From positions 75,593 to 139,592 of the forward strand of contig DATMNC010000002.1 of NCBI GenBank assembly GCA_035569395.1: a stretch of 64,000 nt of DNA, read 5' to 3'. Position numbers and translations under genes: made by a program. The stretch is from Thermoanaerobaculia bacterium. GTDB taxonomy: Bacteria; Acidobacteriota; Thermoanaerobaculia; Gp7-AA8. The notes beneath the pieces were generated by a model. That model did no database searches, was not told the origin of the DNA, and saw nothing but the letters and a program-made list of their open reading frames with translations. Positions within the stretch are counted from its first letter, which is position 1; each line of letters opens with the position of its first letter. Positions 47,432 through 59,540 of the stretch are shown piece after piece.

Positions 47432-50400
47432 GTGAACTCGATTCATCGCAGGTGGTTTTTAGTGTGTTCTCTGGCGTTGACCCTGATGGCCGCGTCGGCA
47501 TTTGCGCAGGATTGGCCGCTGCCGTCTGCGACGTTCAATACCGACGTGCCTTGCACGGGTTGCCTCAACGGCAAGGACGGCCTCAAGACCATCGGCTATC
47601 CTCCGACGCTCAGATTCGTCGGGCGATTCGTCGATTCGGAAACTACGAAGGAAATTCAGTTTAATTTTCGGACCGTTCGCGCCCGTGGCGTTGGCTTTCT
47701 GGAGTCCGCGGATCCTGCGAAGAGCCGCATCTACATGATGCTGGGAAGCGCTCCTGCCGCGTACAACACGGACACGTTCTTTTCCCGAGAGGCCGCTCAC
47801 GAGACGTTGTTTCCGGCTACCTCCATCCCCACTCGCCCTTCCAACAGCCGCTCAGGTGCAAACGGCCCGAACAATGAGCTGTTTCTGGAGTGGGATCGGT
47901 TTTTTTACGCGGAAAACGGGGGCGGATGGGCACTCGGAGGTGGTGACGGACAGGACCGCCTCTACGGAGTCGATTTTGACGATCGCGGGAACGTCTATCT
48001 GGCGTATTCGGCCTACGGTTGGGGAATCGTCAAGGACGACTTCGGCACCGGTGGAGACTGGATGCCGAGCATCTACCAGCATGTTGGTGATGCGACCGAC
48101 GTCACCCCGATCTCGATCGTTCTCGTGAAGGTGAACGGTGATTACTACGTCGTCGTCACCTCGGGAAACGACAAGGCGCAAGTCTGGAAAGTTACCAACC
48201 CGGCCAGTCCTGAAAAACAGAGCGATCTGCCGGGCCGCGCCTTCAATTCCTATGCAAAAGATGCAACCGCCGCTCGCGTGGGCACCGTCGACGGCAATGG
48301 ACAACTGCAGATTCTTACCGCCAGTGCATTCGTGACCGGAGGCACGCCGATCATCTCCCGCCTTCTCAGCGGTGGTCAGTACAAGTCCATTGCGTCGGAC
48401 GGCACCAACTTCTACGCCCTATCCTCCATCGCCGGCTCCTCGTATGTCAGCGTCATCGACGGGAACACGTACGCGGAAACCGATGTGCCGATCCTCAATT
48501 CCAACAGTGGTGGTCATACTACGTTCAGCACGCCCGGCGGCATTCGTGCCGGCGGTGGCTATCTGGCCGCGTGGGGAATCGAAGACGCCGTCGGTGGATG
48601 GAACCTCCATCTTTACAAGATCGGCAATGGCGGTTCGCTGACGGAGGTTCCCCTCAATAATTACTTCGCACAGTACTATTCAGGCGGCGCTCCTCCCGGG
48701 TATGCGCATCCGACCTTCAGTGCCTTTATGGACATTGCGCCGTACAAGAGGGGCGGGAAGAGCTATCTCATCGTCGAATCGTTCGGACTCGGTGACGTCT
48801 ATGAAATCAGGGCCGGCGATTCCTTGACCGCCCACCTCTCCAGCACACCGACTCCGTTCTACGGAGACCGGCAGACGTTCACCAGTTCCACAGCATCCAA
48901 CAATCCGATGGCGGTGACGTGGGACTTCGGCGACGGAACCCAGGGCTCGACGCTTGCCGGATCACCCACGATCACACACCAATTCGGAGGCGCTACCGCG
49001 GCCGACCTTCCGTTGACACGGCGGGTCACGGTCACGAGCCAGACTGATTCCACGCTGACCGATTCGCTTACCGTCACCCTGGCCAAGCCGTCCGCTGGTT
49101 TCAAGGTCGCTGCAACAGGCTATTTGTTCCGGTTGCCTGACGCCAGTTCGGTGGCGCAGATCGTAACAAGCGACTCATTTGCCGACATCTCTGACGGAAA
49201 CATCGAAGGGCACTACACACAATGGACCCTCGATCAGGCCACCACCAAGACCCAGCCGTCAGCAACGACGCCTGTCGGCGGCTGTGGGCCGCACACTCTC
49301 AAATTCGTCGCCCATTACGGGCCGTATGACCCATCGACATTCGCCGCGAACTCTGACGCGCAATTCGCGATCGACTCGGTGACGTATACCGCGAGACCGT
49401 TCACCGTTAGTGTCCAGGTGCCTCCAGCGACCACGCCTCCACCCGCAACAGTCACGTTTTCAGCTTCGGTGCGTGCATCGTCGCTCCCGGCAGATCTGCC
49501 GAATGGAGCGAATACGGCATGTACCTACGAGTGGGCTTTGGTCGACGCGTCGAATGCGAATAAACAGGTGCTGGTGGGAGGGTCGGGCTCCAGCACGCTC
49601 GGCAGCATTCCGCAGAGTCCCGCAGTCAGTACCAGCGTGTTCGCTCCTCTTGGCAGGAAAATCCTTCTTACCGTTACAGTAAACGCGAACGCCGTCAGTT
49701 CAACATGCAACAGTGGTGGATTCGCAGCGCAATCAGCCGCGACGGATCTCTTGAGGGGTCCGGATCCGACGATCGTCGTGACGGGGTGTGCGCACATTGG
49801 TGATCCCTGCAAGCTCACAGTGACCTCGGCCGGCTCCCAAAGCGGCTGGACGTATGACTGGAGCACAGCCGGCCCTGCCTCGTGCCCGCACTGTGGTGCG
49901 CTGGCCGATTTTTCTCCGGTCTTCACACAGATCGGAACCTATACGGCAACTCTCGTCGCCACCAACGCAATCACCTCAGCCACCGCCCTATCGGCGCCGA
50001 TCTCCGTCGGGGCGGCCCTTTGCGGGGTGCCTGACGCAAACACCTCCGCGATCGGCTTCAGTGGTGCCACATCGGGCTGTTTCAGCTCCCTGGATACGTG
50101 TTCTGCAGGCGAAACACTGACATTCCGTGTCTTCGGCGGCGGTCTTGGCGACTGCAATACGTACCAGTGGGACTTCGGCGACGGAGCGAGATCGACCGCC
50201 GCGCAGCCGACCCATGCATACAGCACCAATGGTCAATACACCGTGACGTTGAATCTTACCGGGGGCCTCACCACGATTCCGCTCACAACTACGGTCAAGA
50301 TTGGCAGTGTCATCCAGCCGCCACCCCCACCGCCGCCGCCACCGCCACCCGGCTCATGCGCCACACTGACGGCAGATGCCGCCTACGTCGGCTTTGTCGG

Positions 50401-51337
50401 CAGCACCTCGGGGTGCACCAGCAACTTCGGCACCTGCAATCCGGCGGAGAGCATTCTCTTTACGCTCTTTCCATTCAGTACATACAACTTCGCCTGCCCG
50501 TCGTCGAACTTCCAGTGGAGCTTCAGCGACGGTGGCGGCGGGACCGGACAGAGCATGAACCATACATTCGGCAGCCCTGGCACCTATACCGCGTCGTGCA
50601 CGGTCAGTAACAGTGGTGGGGTCCAGACCTACACGGTAACGGTACAGGCTGGAAGTTCTGTACCGCGCACTTGCGGAACGATGACGCAGGCAAACGCGGC
50701 CGTTACTTACAGTGGGATCAACTGCAGTGATGCCGGTGGCGATTGCCAGGCGACGAAGAACGTCGTGTTCGCTGTCGTCGGGAAGGGCTCTACCCCGTAC
50801 GACTTCACCTGCGCGACGCACAACTATTCGTGGACGTTTGGCGACGGAGGAAGCGGCGCGGGCGCCACCCCGACGCACGTGTACCAATCCGCCGGTACCT
50901 ATACGGCAACGGTCACCATTACGCAGGGGAGCCAGAACATCCAGTACTCGCACGCGGTGTCTGTCGGTGGGAGTGTTGGTGGTACCGGCAGCTGCCCGAC
51001 AATGTATCCGGACTCCAACGTGTATGTGACCTTTAATGGGGCGACAAGCCAGTGCCCCTTCGGAGCCAGCGGATCGTGTAATGTTGGCGAGTCCATATCC
51101 TTTACAGTTGCCACGTTGGGGTATGACCCTGGATGCGACACCCATACATATTCATGGGATTTCGGTGACGGTAGCCACTCTACGAACCAGAACCCGACGC
51201 ACGTCTACGAAGGGAACGGGACATACAAGGTAACTCTGCATCTGGCGAATCGGACACAGGCGGTCGATCTCGGGGCAACCGTGAAGGTCGGCACCGGCGT
51301 CTCCGTGCCACCCCGGCACCGTCCCGCCAGGCACTAA
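47432..51337 (+). CDS. Giant secreted protein: N-terminal beta-propeller-like region, at least 5 PKD domains and a poly-Pro stretch
   Basis: GTG 47432 with GGAGGAG upstream; signal peptide; repeated WDFGDG...PTH.Y...G.YTVTL PKD signatures; PPPPPPPPPPPG. Confidence 0.75.
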   Translation: MNSIHRRWFLVCSLALTLMAASAFAQDWPLPSATFNTDVPCTGCLNGKDGLKTIGYPPTLRFVGRFVDSETTKEIQFNFRTVRARGVGFLESADPAKSRIYMMLGSAPAAYNTDTFFSREAAHETLFPATSIPTRPSNSRSGANGPNNELFLEWDRFFYAENGGGWALGGGDGQDRLYGVDFDDRGNVYLAYSAYGWGIVKDDFGTGGDWMPSIYQHVGDATDVTPISIVLVKVNGDYYVVVTSGNDKAQVWKVTNPASPEKQSDLPGRAFNSYAKDATAARVGTVDGNGQLQILTASAFVTGGTPIISRLLSGGQYKSIASDGTNFYALSSIAGSSYVSVIDGNTYAETDVPILNSNSGGHTTFSTPGGIRAGGGYLAAWGIEDAVGGWNLHLYKIGNGGSLTEVPLNNYFAQYYSGGAPPGYAHPTFSAFMDIAPYKRGGKSYLIVESFGLGDVYEIRAGDSLTAHLSSTPTPFYGDRQTFTSSTASNNPMAVTWDFGDGTQGSTLAGSPTITHQFGGATAADLPLTRRVTVTSQTDSTLTDSLTVTLAKPSAGFKVAATGYLFRLPDASSVAQIVTSDSFADISDGNIEGHYTQWTLDQATTKTQPSATTPVGGCGPHTLKFVAHYGPYDPSTFAANSDAQFAIDSVTYTARPFTVSVQVPPATTPPPATVTFSASVRASSLPADLPNGANTACTYEWALVDASNANKQVLVGGSGSSTLGSIPQSPAVSTSVFAPLGRKILLTVTVNANAVSSTCNSGGFAAQSAATDLLRGPDPTIVVTGCAHIGDPCKLTVTSAGSQSGWTYDWSTAGPASCPHCGALADFSPVFTQIGTYTATLVATNAITSATALSAPISVGAALCGVPDANTSAIGFSGATSGCFSSLDTCSAGETLTFRVFGGGLGDCNTYQWDFGDGARSTAAQPTHAYSTNGQYTVTLNLTGGLTTIPLTTTVKIGSVIQPPPPPPPPPPPGSCATLTADAAYVGFVGSTSGCTSNFGTCNPAESILFTLFPFSTYNFACPSSNFQWSFSDGGGGTGQSMNHTFGSPGTYTASCTVSNSGGVQTYTVTVQAGSSVPRTCGTMTQANAAVTYSGINCSDAGGDCQATKNVVFAVVGKGSTPYDFTCATHNYSWTFGDGGSGAGATPTHVYQSAGTYTATVTITQGSQNIQYSHAVSVGGSVGGTGSCPTMYPDSNVYVTFNGATSQCPFGASGSCNVGESISFTVATLGYDPGCDTHTYSWDFGDGSHSTNQNPTHVYEGNGTYKVTLHLANRTQAVDLGATVKVGTGVSVPPRHRPARH

Positions 51338-51364
51338 GCTGGCGGAATTCAACGCAACGCAACC

Positions 51365-51402
51365 GAGGGTGGCGGGCTCCGGCCCGCCGCCCTCGTTTTT
51401 TG
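51365..51402 (+). terminator. Rho-independent terminator
   Basis: GAGGGTGGCGGGC-tcc-GGCCCGCCGCCCTC followed by GTTTTTTG. Confidence 0.75.
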
Positions 51403-51432
51403 CGGTGATGGTTTCCCGCTCCGGTCCGTACA

Positions 51433-52667
<1,235 letters not shown>

Positions 52668-52671
<4 letters not shown>

Positions 52672-53717
52672 CGTCGATCTCGCTGCTGGTCATCAACTAC
52701 CACTCGGCCTCCCTTGCCGCTGACGCTATCCGCACGGCGCGCGCTGCGTCTTCCGGGCCGCTGCAAACGGTTGTCGTTGACAACAGTGACGATCGCGCGG
52801 AAGTGGAGGCGTTGCGCGGCATCGCGGACGTGGTGATCGCGGCGCCGCGCAATCTGGGTTACGCCGGCGGTATCAATGCCGGCCGCCGGTCGTGCGGTGG
52901 CGAGGTCATCGTCGTCTCCAATTCCGACGTCCAATTCGGCGAACATGCGATCGATCGGCTTGCCGATGCAGGTGCCGCCGTCGCCGGGCCTGCTCTTTTC
53001 TGGGATGAGGCGCACCAGTGGATGCTGCCCCCGGCCGATCTGCAGACGAGGAGTGAGGTCATCGACCGCGCGTTCGCCAGCCGTTCGCGCACCTGGGCAG
53101 GAAGGCGCGACCGGCGGCGCTTCGCCGCGCGCGTGGCCTTCTGGTCGCTCGATGAGCCGGCTCGTGTCCGTGCGCTCTCCGGTGCGGTGATGGCGGTCCG
53201 CGCAGCCGCGCTCGATGCCGCCGGTGGCTTCGACGAACGCTTCGCCCTCTACTTCGAAGAGAACGACTTTCTTCGCAGGGTTCGCGGCGATGTCGTGTAC
53301 GTGCCCGCCGCGCGCTGCCGGCATTTATACAACCAGAGCGCCGCCGGCCCGAGCGAATCGGCGGCGTTGTATGCGCAGTCGGAGGAGCGGTACCTTCGGA
53401 AGTGGGGCGGGCATTTCGTGAAGAGGTTCGAGCAACATCGACCCGACTCCCCGATCCAATCCTACGCAAATGGCCGGATTGGAGAGTCCGCCCTGCCATT
53501 CGCCCGCGACAGCGTCGTCATCGAGGCATCGCCGCTTGCGAGCTTTGAGACCGCCGCGGGTTACTTCGGTAATGACGTTGTGGGCGTTCCTGAGGACATC
53601 TGGAGCACGTACCGCGGAGAGATCCTCTACCTCCGCGCGGTGGACCGGCACAGCGGACGCGTACTCCATTCGTGGGCTAAAGATAGGAGTCTGCGCAGTA
53701 GAACGTTGGAGCGATGA
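52668..53717 (+). CDS. Glycosyltransferase family 2
   Basis: SLLVINYHSA, VVVDNSDD, SNSDVQF; ATGA overlap with wzt. Confidence 0.75.
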
Positions 53718-53774
53718 TGGTGGCCGAGCCTTGGGCAACCAGCGCAGCCGGCCGTGCCGGCCTAGAATACCGGT

Positions 53775-55271
53775 ATGAGCTCGACGAGCGTTTCGGTCCT
53801 GGTCCCGCTGATGGGACCGTCGGCTGAGCTGCCATCGACGATTGAAGTGGTTGAGCGTTACCTGCAAACCACCGGTTTCGCGTTCGATATCCGCGTGCTC
53901 GACCGGCGCGACGGTGCCGACTACGGTTCGATGATCCGGCGTGGTGCGGCGGACGCCGGCGGCAGTGTCATCATCGTCGTCGATCAGGATCTGCCGTACC
54001 CGGTCAGCGCGATTGGGGACGCTGTCGCGTTGATCGAGTCGGGTGCGGCGGATGTGGTTTTCGGTCGGAGAGCCGGCTGTCGGGACAGCATAGTCCTTCG
54101 CTCCCTTCTCGTGGCTATCCTCCCTGATCCATCGCTGCATCTGAAAGCATTCTCTGCCGAGGCGGCCAGGTTGCTGATTCCCGAGTCGAAGCTGCGTGGT
54201 GGCGGGTTTGACCTGGAAACAGCCTACCTTGCCAACAAGTATGGCTTCCGAGTCGAGCGCCTGAAGGTGCTTACGGAGGCGGCGCCGGCGAAGAGGACGT
54301 TCAACTTCTGGCGAGGCATCGGGGCCGCCGTTTCGATCCGAATGACGGATCGGAGGAATGGCTACCGCGCGCCGCGTCGCTGTCCGGTCTGTTTTTCCAA
54401 TGAGGTGTGGAACTTCGATCAAATCCCCGGCAACGTGGTTCGTGCGTGCAGCCGCTGCAAGTGCCGCTACCTCGGCCGTTTCGATGTCGACGACGACAGG
54501 CGTCCCGTGCGCCGCGTTCTGCGGGCGCAGCCGGCGCCGGTGGAGATCGGTGAGGAGACCTTGCACCGAGGGGTGGCGCGGGTGAAGACCAGCCAGCGCC
54601 GCCTTGCCGCGCTCCGGCGTCACGTAACCTCGCGCGCGCGAGTCCTCGAGATCGGTGTAGGGGATGGCAGCTTTGGCGATGCTGCCGCGCGCGAGTTTGA
54701 ATACGTCGGTATCGACCGGGCCGCGGCAGCGGCGCGAGCGGCGCGTGCGCGCGGGCTCGACGTCTATTGCTCCACCGTACCGAACTTCGTTAATACCGGA
54801 CCGGCTTTCGAGGCCATCGTCCTCTTTCACGTTTTCGAGAACATGGCCGACCCACACGATGCGCTGGCGCGCATGAAGGATCTTCTCAAGCCCGGCGGGG
54901 TGCTGTTGTTGTCGACCTTTGATACGGAAGGGCTGGTCTACCTCGTCACCGAGCGGAGGTGGATGACGCAGAACTTCCGCACGCACCTCATCCTCTACTC
55001 GCGCTCCGCGCTCATCGAGTTGCTCGAGCACTCCGGATTCGAGATCGTCAGCATTGGTGCGGAGTTGGCCTATCGCGATCACCGTTTTCTGCGGCACTCC
55101 GTTGCCATGCGTTGGCCAGGGCTGACGCCGTTCGTCCGGATGCTGCTGCAGGCCCTGCCGGACCCGCTCCTGGTTTCCTCGGGGTCGATCCGTATCGTGG
55201 CCAAGCGCCGCGCCGGATCTCCGATCAACTTCCGCGCGATCCGCTCCGTCGAGCCGACGCATGCCCGCTGA
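53775..55271 (+). CDS. Bifunctional GT2 glycosyltransferase / Cys4 zinc-ribbon / class I SAM-methyltransferase fusion
   Basis: N-terminal VSVLVPLMGP...IIVVDQD GT2-like; CPVCFSNEVW...CSRCKC; C-terminal VLEIGVGDGSFG...GGVLLLSTFD methyltransferase motifs I and post-I. Confidence 0.65.
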   Translation: MSSTSVSVLVPLMGPSAELPSTIEVVERYLQTTGFAFDIRVLDRRDGADYGSMIRRGAADAGGSVIIVVDQDLPYPVSAIGDAVALIESGAADVVFGRRAGCRDSIVLRSLLVAILPDPSLHLKAFSAEAARLLIPESKLRGGGFDLETAYLANKYGFRVERLKVLTEAAPAKRTFNFWRGIGAAVSIRMTDRRNGYRAPRRCPVCFSNEVWNFDQIPGNVVRACSRCKCRYLGRFDVDDDRRPVRRVLRAQPAPVEIGEETLHRGVARVKTSQRRLAALRRHVTSRARVLEIGVGDGSFGDAAAREFEYVGIDRAAAAARAARARGLDVYCSTVPNFVNTGPAFEAIVLFHVFENMADPHDALARMKDLLKPGGVLLLSTFDTEGLVYLVTERRWMTQNFRTHLILYSRSALIELLEHSGFEIVSIGAELAYRDHRFLRHSVAMRWPGLTPFVRMLLQALPDPLLVSSGSIRIVAKRRAGSPINFRAIRSVEPTHAR

Positions 55272-56262
55272 CGCGCGTTTTACCAGCCGCCCCTTTCACG
55301 CCGGGGACGAAGCTCAGATCCTGACCCTTTTCGCGCGCGCCTTTCCGCACGCCGCGCGGGGAATCGATCACTTTCGGTGGGAGTATCAGCGCAATCCGCT
55401 TGATAACGAGCACATCTCCCTGACGTTCGATGATGCCGGCCGGCTCGTGGCGCAATATGCGGGCTATCCGGTGCGGATGACCGACGATGGCCGCGACCTC
55501 GTTGCGCATCAGATTGGCGACATCATGACCGATCGATCCGTGCGTCAGGTCGGCCGAGGCCCCACCAGCATCCTGGCGCGAACGGCGCAGCACTTCTACG
55601 ACGCGTTCTGCCGCGGAAAGATAGCCTTCAACTACGGGTTTACGACTGCCAGTCATCGTGAGCTTTCCGTCCGTTTTCTCGGAAGCGATGCGGTCGAGCC
55701 GGCCGCGTATCGCGTTCGTGAGCTCGGGCGCAATCCCTTCCCGCAGATCACCCGCAGCGAACGGTGGCCGGGCGGGTGGCAACTGGAGTTGGTCAATCAC
55801 ATCGGTATTGAATTCGATCGTTTCTTCGAACGCGTTGCGCCGGCCTATTGCTTCCTGGTGCGACGTGATGCGCGGTATCTCCGGTGGCGATATCTGGAGT
55901 GTCCCGACGTCCCGTACTTCCTGGTCGCCATTCGCAAATGGCGGCGTCTCGTGGGCTGGAGCGTCTTCGGCGTGCGTGATGCACGGCTGGCGTGGGGAGA
56001 CGCGCTCTTCGACCCGAGGTATCCCGAGGCGGTGGGGGTGCTCTTGCGTCATGTAGTGCCCAGCTACCCGGTCGACCGCATCGACGGCTGGTTTTCGAGG
56101 AGGCCGGCCTGGTTCGATACGATTTTGCGTGAGCTGCAATTCGAATCGCGGCCTGATCCGCAGGATCTGTCGCTCATGTGCGTGCCGTTCGAGTTGCCGG
56201 ACGCCAGTGCGCGCATCCTCGATCGGCTCTACTACACGTACGGCGACAGCGATCTTTTCTAG
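55261..56262 (+). CDS. GNAT-like acetyltransferase family protein (FemAB/BioF2-like)
   Basis: 333 aa, FHAGDEAQILTLFARAF N-terminus; weak family assignment. Confidence 0.45.
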   Translation: MPADARFTSRPFHAGDEAQILTLFARAFPHAARGIDHFRWEYQRNPLDNEHISLTFDDAGRLVAQYAGYPVRMTDDGRDLVAHQIGDIMTDRSVRQVGRGPTSILARTAQHFYDAFCRGKIAFNYGFTTASHRELSVRFLGSDAVEPAAYRVRELGRNPFPQITRSERWPGGWQLELVNHIGIEFDRFFERVAPAYCFLVRRDARYLRWRYLECPDVPYFLVAIRKWRRLVGWSVFGVRDARLAWGDALFDPRYPEAVGVLLRHVVPSYPVDRIDGWFSRRPAWFDTILRELQFESRPDPQDLSLMCVPFELPDASARILDRLYYTYGDSDLF

Positions 56263-56271
56263 AGGCTGGGC

Positions 56272-56769
56272 ATGGCCAGCGTCATGCATGTCACTTCCGG
56301 TCGGTCGGCAGCCGCCCGGCAATCGATAGAATGGAGCACTCGTGAGCCTGGCATGAGCAATCTTCAGCCTCAGAACGCCAACGGCGGGAAGCGGGTGGCG
56401 GATGTCGACCGGAAGCGGATCCTCGTGATCGACGATGATCTGCCTCTGCGGGGCATGCTTGCCGCCGCGCTTCGTCAGGCCGGCTTCCAGGTGCTGCTGG
56501 CCAGTGATGGCGGGGAAGGGCAGCGTGCGCTGGCCCTACATCACCCCGATGTCATCCTGCTGGATCTGGCGATGCCCGGCGTCAACGGCTGGGACTTTTT
56601 GCAGCGGCTGAAAGAGACCGGGCATCTCGGTATGATTCCGATCATCGTTCTTTCCGCGCATCTGCATGTCGAACCGCAGGCGATCCTGCAGCTCGGCGTC
56701 TCCGCGATTCTGCCGAAGCCGTTCAATCTCCCGGAGCTGATCGATCTCGTCGAGCACCTCTCGCCGTGA
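56272..56769 (+). CDS. Stand-alone response-regulator receiver (CheY-like) protein
   Basis: KRILVIDDDLPLRGML...PDVILLDLAMPGVNG...IIVLSAH...LPKPF; no output domain. Confidence 0.75.
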   Translation: MASVMHVTSGRSAAARQSIEWSTREPGMSNLQPQNANGGKRVADVDRKRILVIDDDLPLRGMLAAALRQAGFQVLLASDGGEGQRALALHHPDVILLDLAMPGVNGWDFLQRLKETGHLGMIPIIVLSAHLHVEPQAILQLGVSAILPKPFNLPELIDLVEHLSP

Positions 56770-57413
56770 CGATGGACGATTTGGCTGGCCGGATCGCCGC
56801 GCGCTATCCGACGCGCTTTCTCCGCATCTATGTTCGATCCAAAATTCGGGTCGATCCGGTTTATGCGGCGGTCTTCGAGCGGATTGGCGAGGGAAGCGAG
56901 CCGTTGCTCGACATCGGATGCGGGATCGGCATTCTCGCGCTCTACCTGCGCGCGCGGGGTTTCCGCGCGCCGATCCGCGGGGTCGATAACGACGGCCGGA
57001 AGGTCGCCATCGCCAGAAGCGTCATGCCCGAGGCGACGACGTTCAGCGTTGGGGACGCGCGGGCGACGGTCGACTGCGGCGGCACGATCGTGCTGCTCGA
57101 TCTACTGCATTACTTTCGCGGAGACGAACAGGCGCAGATCCTCGCGTCGGCGGCCAGGAGCGCGACGACCGTGATCATTCGGGATGCCATTCGCGACGGG
57201 AGCTGGCGTTATCGCTTCACGTACCTGCAGGAGGTGTTCTCGCGCGTGATTCGTTGGCTGCGCGCGGAGCGGCTTCATTTCCCGACGCGCGATGACGTGA
57301 TACGTCCCTTCGACGGTTTTGACGCAGAGGTTGCGCCGCTGTACGGGCGAACACCGTTCAACAACTATCTCTTCGTCTTCAGGCGCTCAACGGCCGGGAC
57401 CACGAAGGAGTAG
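56766..57413 (+). CDS. Class I SAM-dependent methyltransferase
   Basis: LLDIGCGIGILALYL (motif I), VLLDLLHYF. Confidence 0.65.
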   Translation: MTMDDLAGRIAARYPTRFLRIYVRSKIRVDPVYAAVFERIGEGSEPLLDIGCGIGILALYLRARGFRAPIRGVDNDGRKVAIARSVMPEATTFSVGDARATVDCGGTIVLLDLLHYFRGDEQAQILASAARSATTVIIRDAIRDGSWRYRFTYLQEVFSRVIRWLRAERLHFPTRDDVIRPFDGFDAEVAPLYGRTPFNNYLFVFRRSTAGTTKE

Positions 57414-58120
57414 CCTCGGCCTTGCAACTCGTCGACGATGCGGTTGACACAGGCGACGGAGAAGGCCCGCCCCTGGTGCATGACCACGATCGACCCCGCG
57501 CCGGTGCGCGGCACGATGCGGCGAGCGACGCGCTCGACGTCATCACCGAACGAATCGAATCCCCGCACGCTCCAGCCGATCAGCGTCAGACCGCGGCTAG
57601 CCAGGATCGGATGGACGAATGGGTTTTTCATCCCGACAGGCGCGCGAAAAAGGGCCGCACGCCCGCCGGTGATCGACTCCAGCACCGCCGAGCACTCGTC
57701 GACCTGCCAGGCAATGGCCGAGGGGAACAGGCGCCAGAACGAGCCGGAGGGGTGCGTCTGTGAATGATTGGCAACCGCGTGACCCCGCGCCAGCATCAAC
57801 CGGATGAGATCGGGCCGCCGCGCGGCCAGCGATCCCTTCACGAAGAATGTCGCCTTCACACCGCGGTCGTCGAGCGAGTCGAGGAGGGGTTGGGTGTCGT
57901 CGGTCGGGCCGTCGTCGATCGTGAGCCACACCTCGTTCGATGAGGATTCAAAACTGGTGATGACGGGCCCCAGCCACTGCGAGTTCGGCCGGAGGGTCGG
58001 CCAGAGCACGAGCGCATGCGAAAGAGCGAGCACGCCGATTGCTGCGAGCCATGAATACGGCCACAGCACGAGCAGGATGAGCGGTGCCATGCAGGCGAAG
58101 CCGAGGATCAGCGCGCGCAT
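57365..58120 (-). CDS. Polysaccharide deacetylase (NodB/CE4 family)
   Basis: LTIDDGPTDDT, KATFFV, HSQTHP; start set at MRALILGF. Confidence 0.7.
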   Translation of the reverse strand: MRALILGFACMAPLILLVLWPYSWLAAIGVLALSHALVLWPTLRPNSQWLGPVITSFESSSNEVWLTIDDGPTDDTQPLLDSLDDRGVKATFFVKGSLAARRPDLIRLMLARGHAVANHSQTHPSGSFWRLFPSAIAWQVDECSAVLESITGGRAALFRAPVGMKNPFVHPILASRGLTLIGWSVRGFDSFGDDVERVARRIVPRTGAGSIVVMHQGRAFSVACVNRIVDELQGRGYSFVVPAVERLKTKR

Positions 58121-58647
58121 CGTTCTTCCGCTTCTTGGATGGCGCCGCGTAGCAGCCAGAGGATGATCGCGGCAACGCCATTGAGGAGGAGGATGGCGAA
58201 GAAGAGCCACGCGGCGTAACGGGCCCAGCTCCGGGTTGTGGCAACGTATGACGACGCAATCAGCAACAGCGTCATCATCATCACGGAAACGAGCTTGATG
58301 TGATCGCCGTCGCCGGTGAGGGCCCGCAGAGTCAATCCGGCAAGCACGACCGGAAGATGGATGGCGATCGCGGCCAGCGGAACCGAGAGTACGATCGAGA
58401 GCGGCAGAGCGAAGGGGAGCGACGCGGCGATATAGCACGCCACCGTTGCGATGACCCAGAACGCGGCGAGGTGCATCTCCCCGGCCGTCTGATCGCGATC
58501 GATCGAAAGGATCAGATGTTCCGGACGTTCCACCGCCGACCGGGCCCGGCCCAAACGGGTGTATCCGATCAACCGGGCCACGGCGAACCGATGCCGCGAA
58601 GGGAGCCAGCGGGCGTCGGGGCGGTCGATGGCAACGTTCAGCATCAT
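58108..58647 (-). CDS. Hypothetical integral membrane protein
   Basis: 179 aa, 4-5 TM helices; ATGATG overlaps the upstream gene stop. Confidence 0.45.
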   Translation of the reverse strand: MMLNVAIDRPDARWLPSRHRFAVARLIGYTRLGRARSAVERPEHLILSIDRDQTAGEMHLAAFWVIATVACYIAASLPFALPLSIVLSVPLAAIAIHLPVVLAGLTLRALTGDGDHIKLVSVMMMTLLLIASSYVATTRSWARYAAWLFFAILLLNGVAAIILWLLRGAIQEAEERCAR

Positions 58648-59540
58648 GGCGCCTGCTCCTGCCAGTAGGGCTCGAACGTGAACCATTGGAACCAGCATTC
58701 CTGAACGACGCGTTCCAGCTCCGCCATCCACTGCTCGATCGCGCGGGCGAAATCGTCGTCGCGGTTCCGGCTGCGCGTGATCTCGATCGGCCGCGACGTC
58801 ATCAGCCGGTATCGGCGCCGGCCCAGTCGTACGACGAAGACCGGATAGATCGGTACGCGTGCGGCGAGGGCGAGTGCGAAGGGACCGGCCGGTACGGTCG
58901 TCGGTTTGCCGAAAAGTCTGGCGGGCAACGAACTGATCGAGCCGGTTACGCGGTCGCCCTGAATGGCCACGATGCCACCCTCGCGGATGGTCTCCAGCAG
59001 ATCGAGCGCCAGTTCCGTCGCTCTGGTGTTGAACGCGATGCGAAGACTGTCTGTGCTGTGGTGCTCTTCGTATTCGCGCGTCTGCGGATCGGCTTCCGGC
59101 GCGCGCACCATCACGATCCGCCTTGTCGACGTCTCGGAGAAGAGATGCGCGCCGAGGTCATAGCTGCCCATGTGCGCGGTCAGCAGGATCGCCCCCTGGC
59201 GCGTCTGCATCTCCTCGAAATACTCCCTGCCGGTGAACTCCCAGTCGGGAATGGTTCGCAGCTCCTTGAAGCGCACGTTGTCCGCGATCGTCCAGGCATA
59301 GTTCCAGAAGACGCGATAGCAGCGAAACACGTTTGTGATCGCCAGCGAGCCGGGCTTGATCACCTTCAGGTTGCGCATCACGCCGCGCCGGCCCGGTCCC
59401 CACACCAGGAAGAACGTTGACCAGAAAGCCATGACGATCGGCTCGATCCATGGCGGCACATTCAGCACGGCGAAGCGAAGCAGCTGTCGCCAGAAGACAC
59501 CGCGCACGAAAAAACGACGCCACCAGACCGACCGCGTCAC
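58644..59540 (-). CDS. Lysophospholipid/lipid A-type acyltransferase (LpxL/HtrB-like)
   Basis: H-x4-D acyltransferase motif in LLTAHMGSYDLGA; NLKVIKPGS; GTG start overlapping the upstream stop (GTGA). Confidence 0.6.
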   Translation of the reverse strand: MTRSVWWRRFFVRGVFWRQLLRFAVLNVPPWIEPIVMAFWSTFFLVWGPGRRGVMRNLKVIKPGSLAITNVFRCYRVFWNYAWTIADNVRFKELRTIPDWEFTGREYFEEMQTRQGAILLTAHMGSYDLGAHLFSETSTRRIVMVRAPEADPQTREYEEHHSTDSLRIAFNTRATELALDLLETIREGGIVAIQGDRVTGSISSLPARLFGKPTTVPAGPFALALAARVPIYPVFVVRLGRRRYRLMTSRPIEITRSRNRDDDFARAIEQWMAELERVVQECWFQWFTFEPYWQEQAP

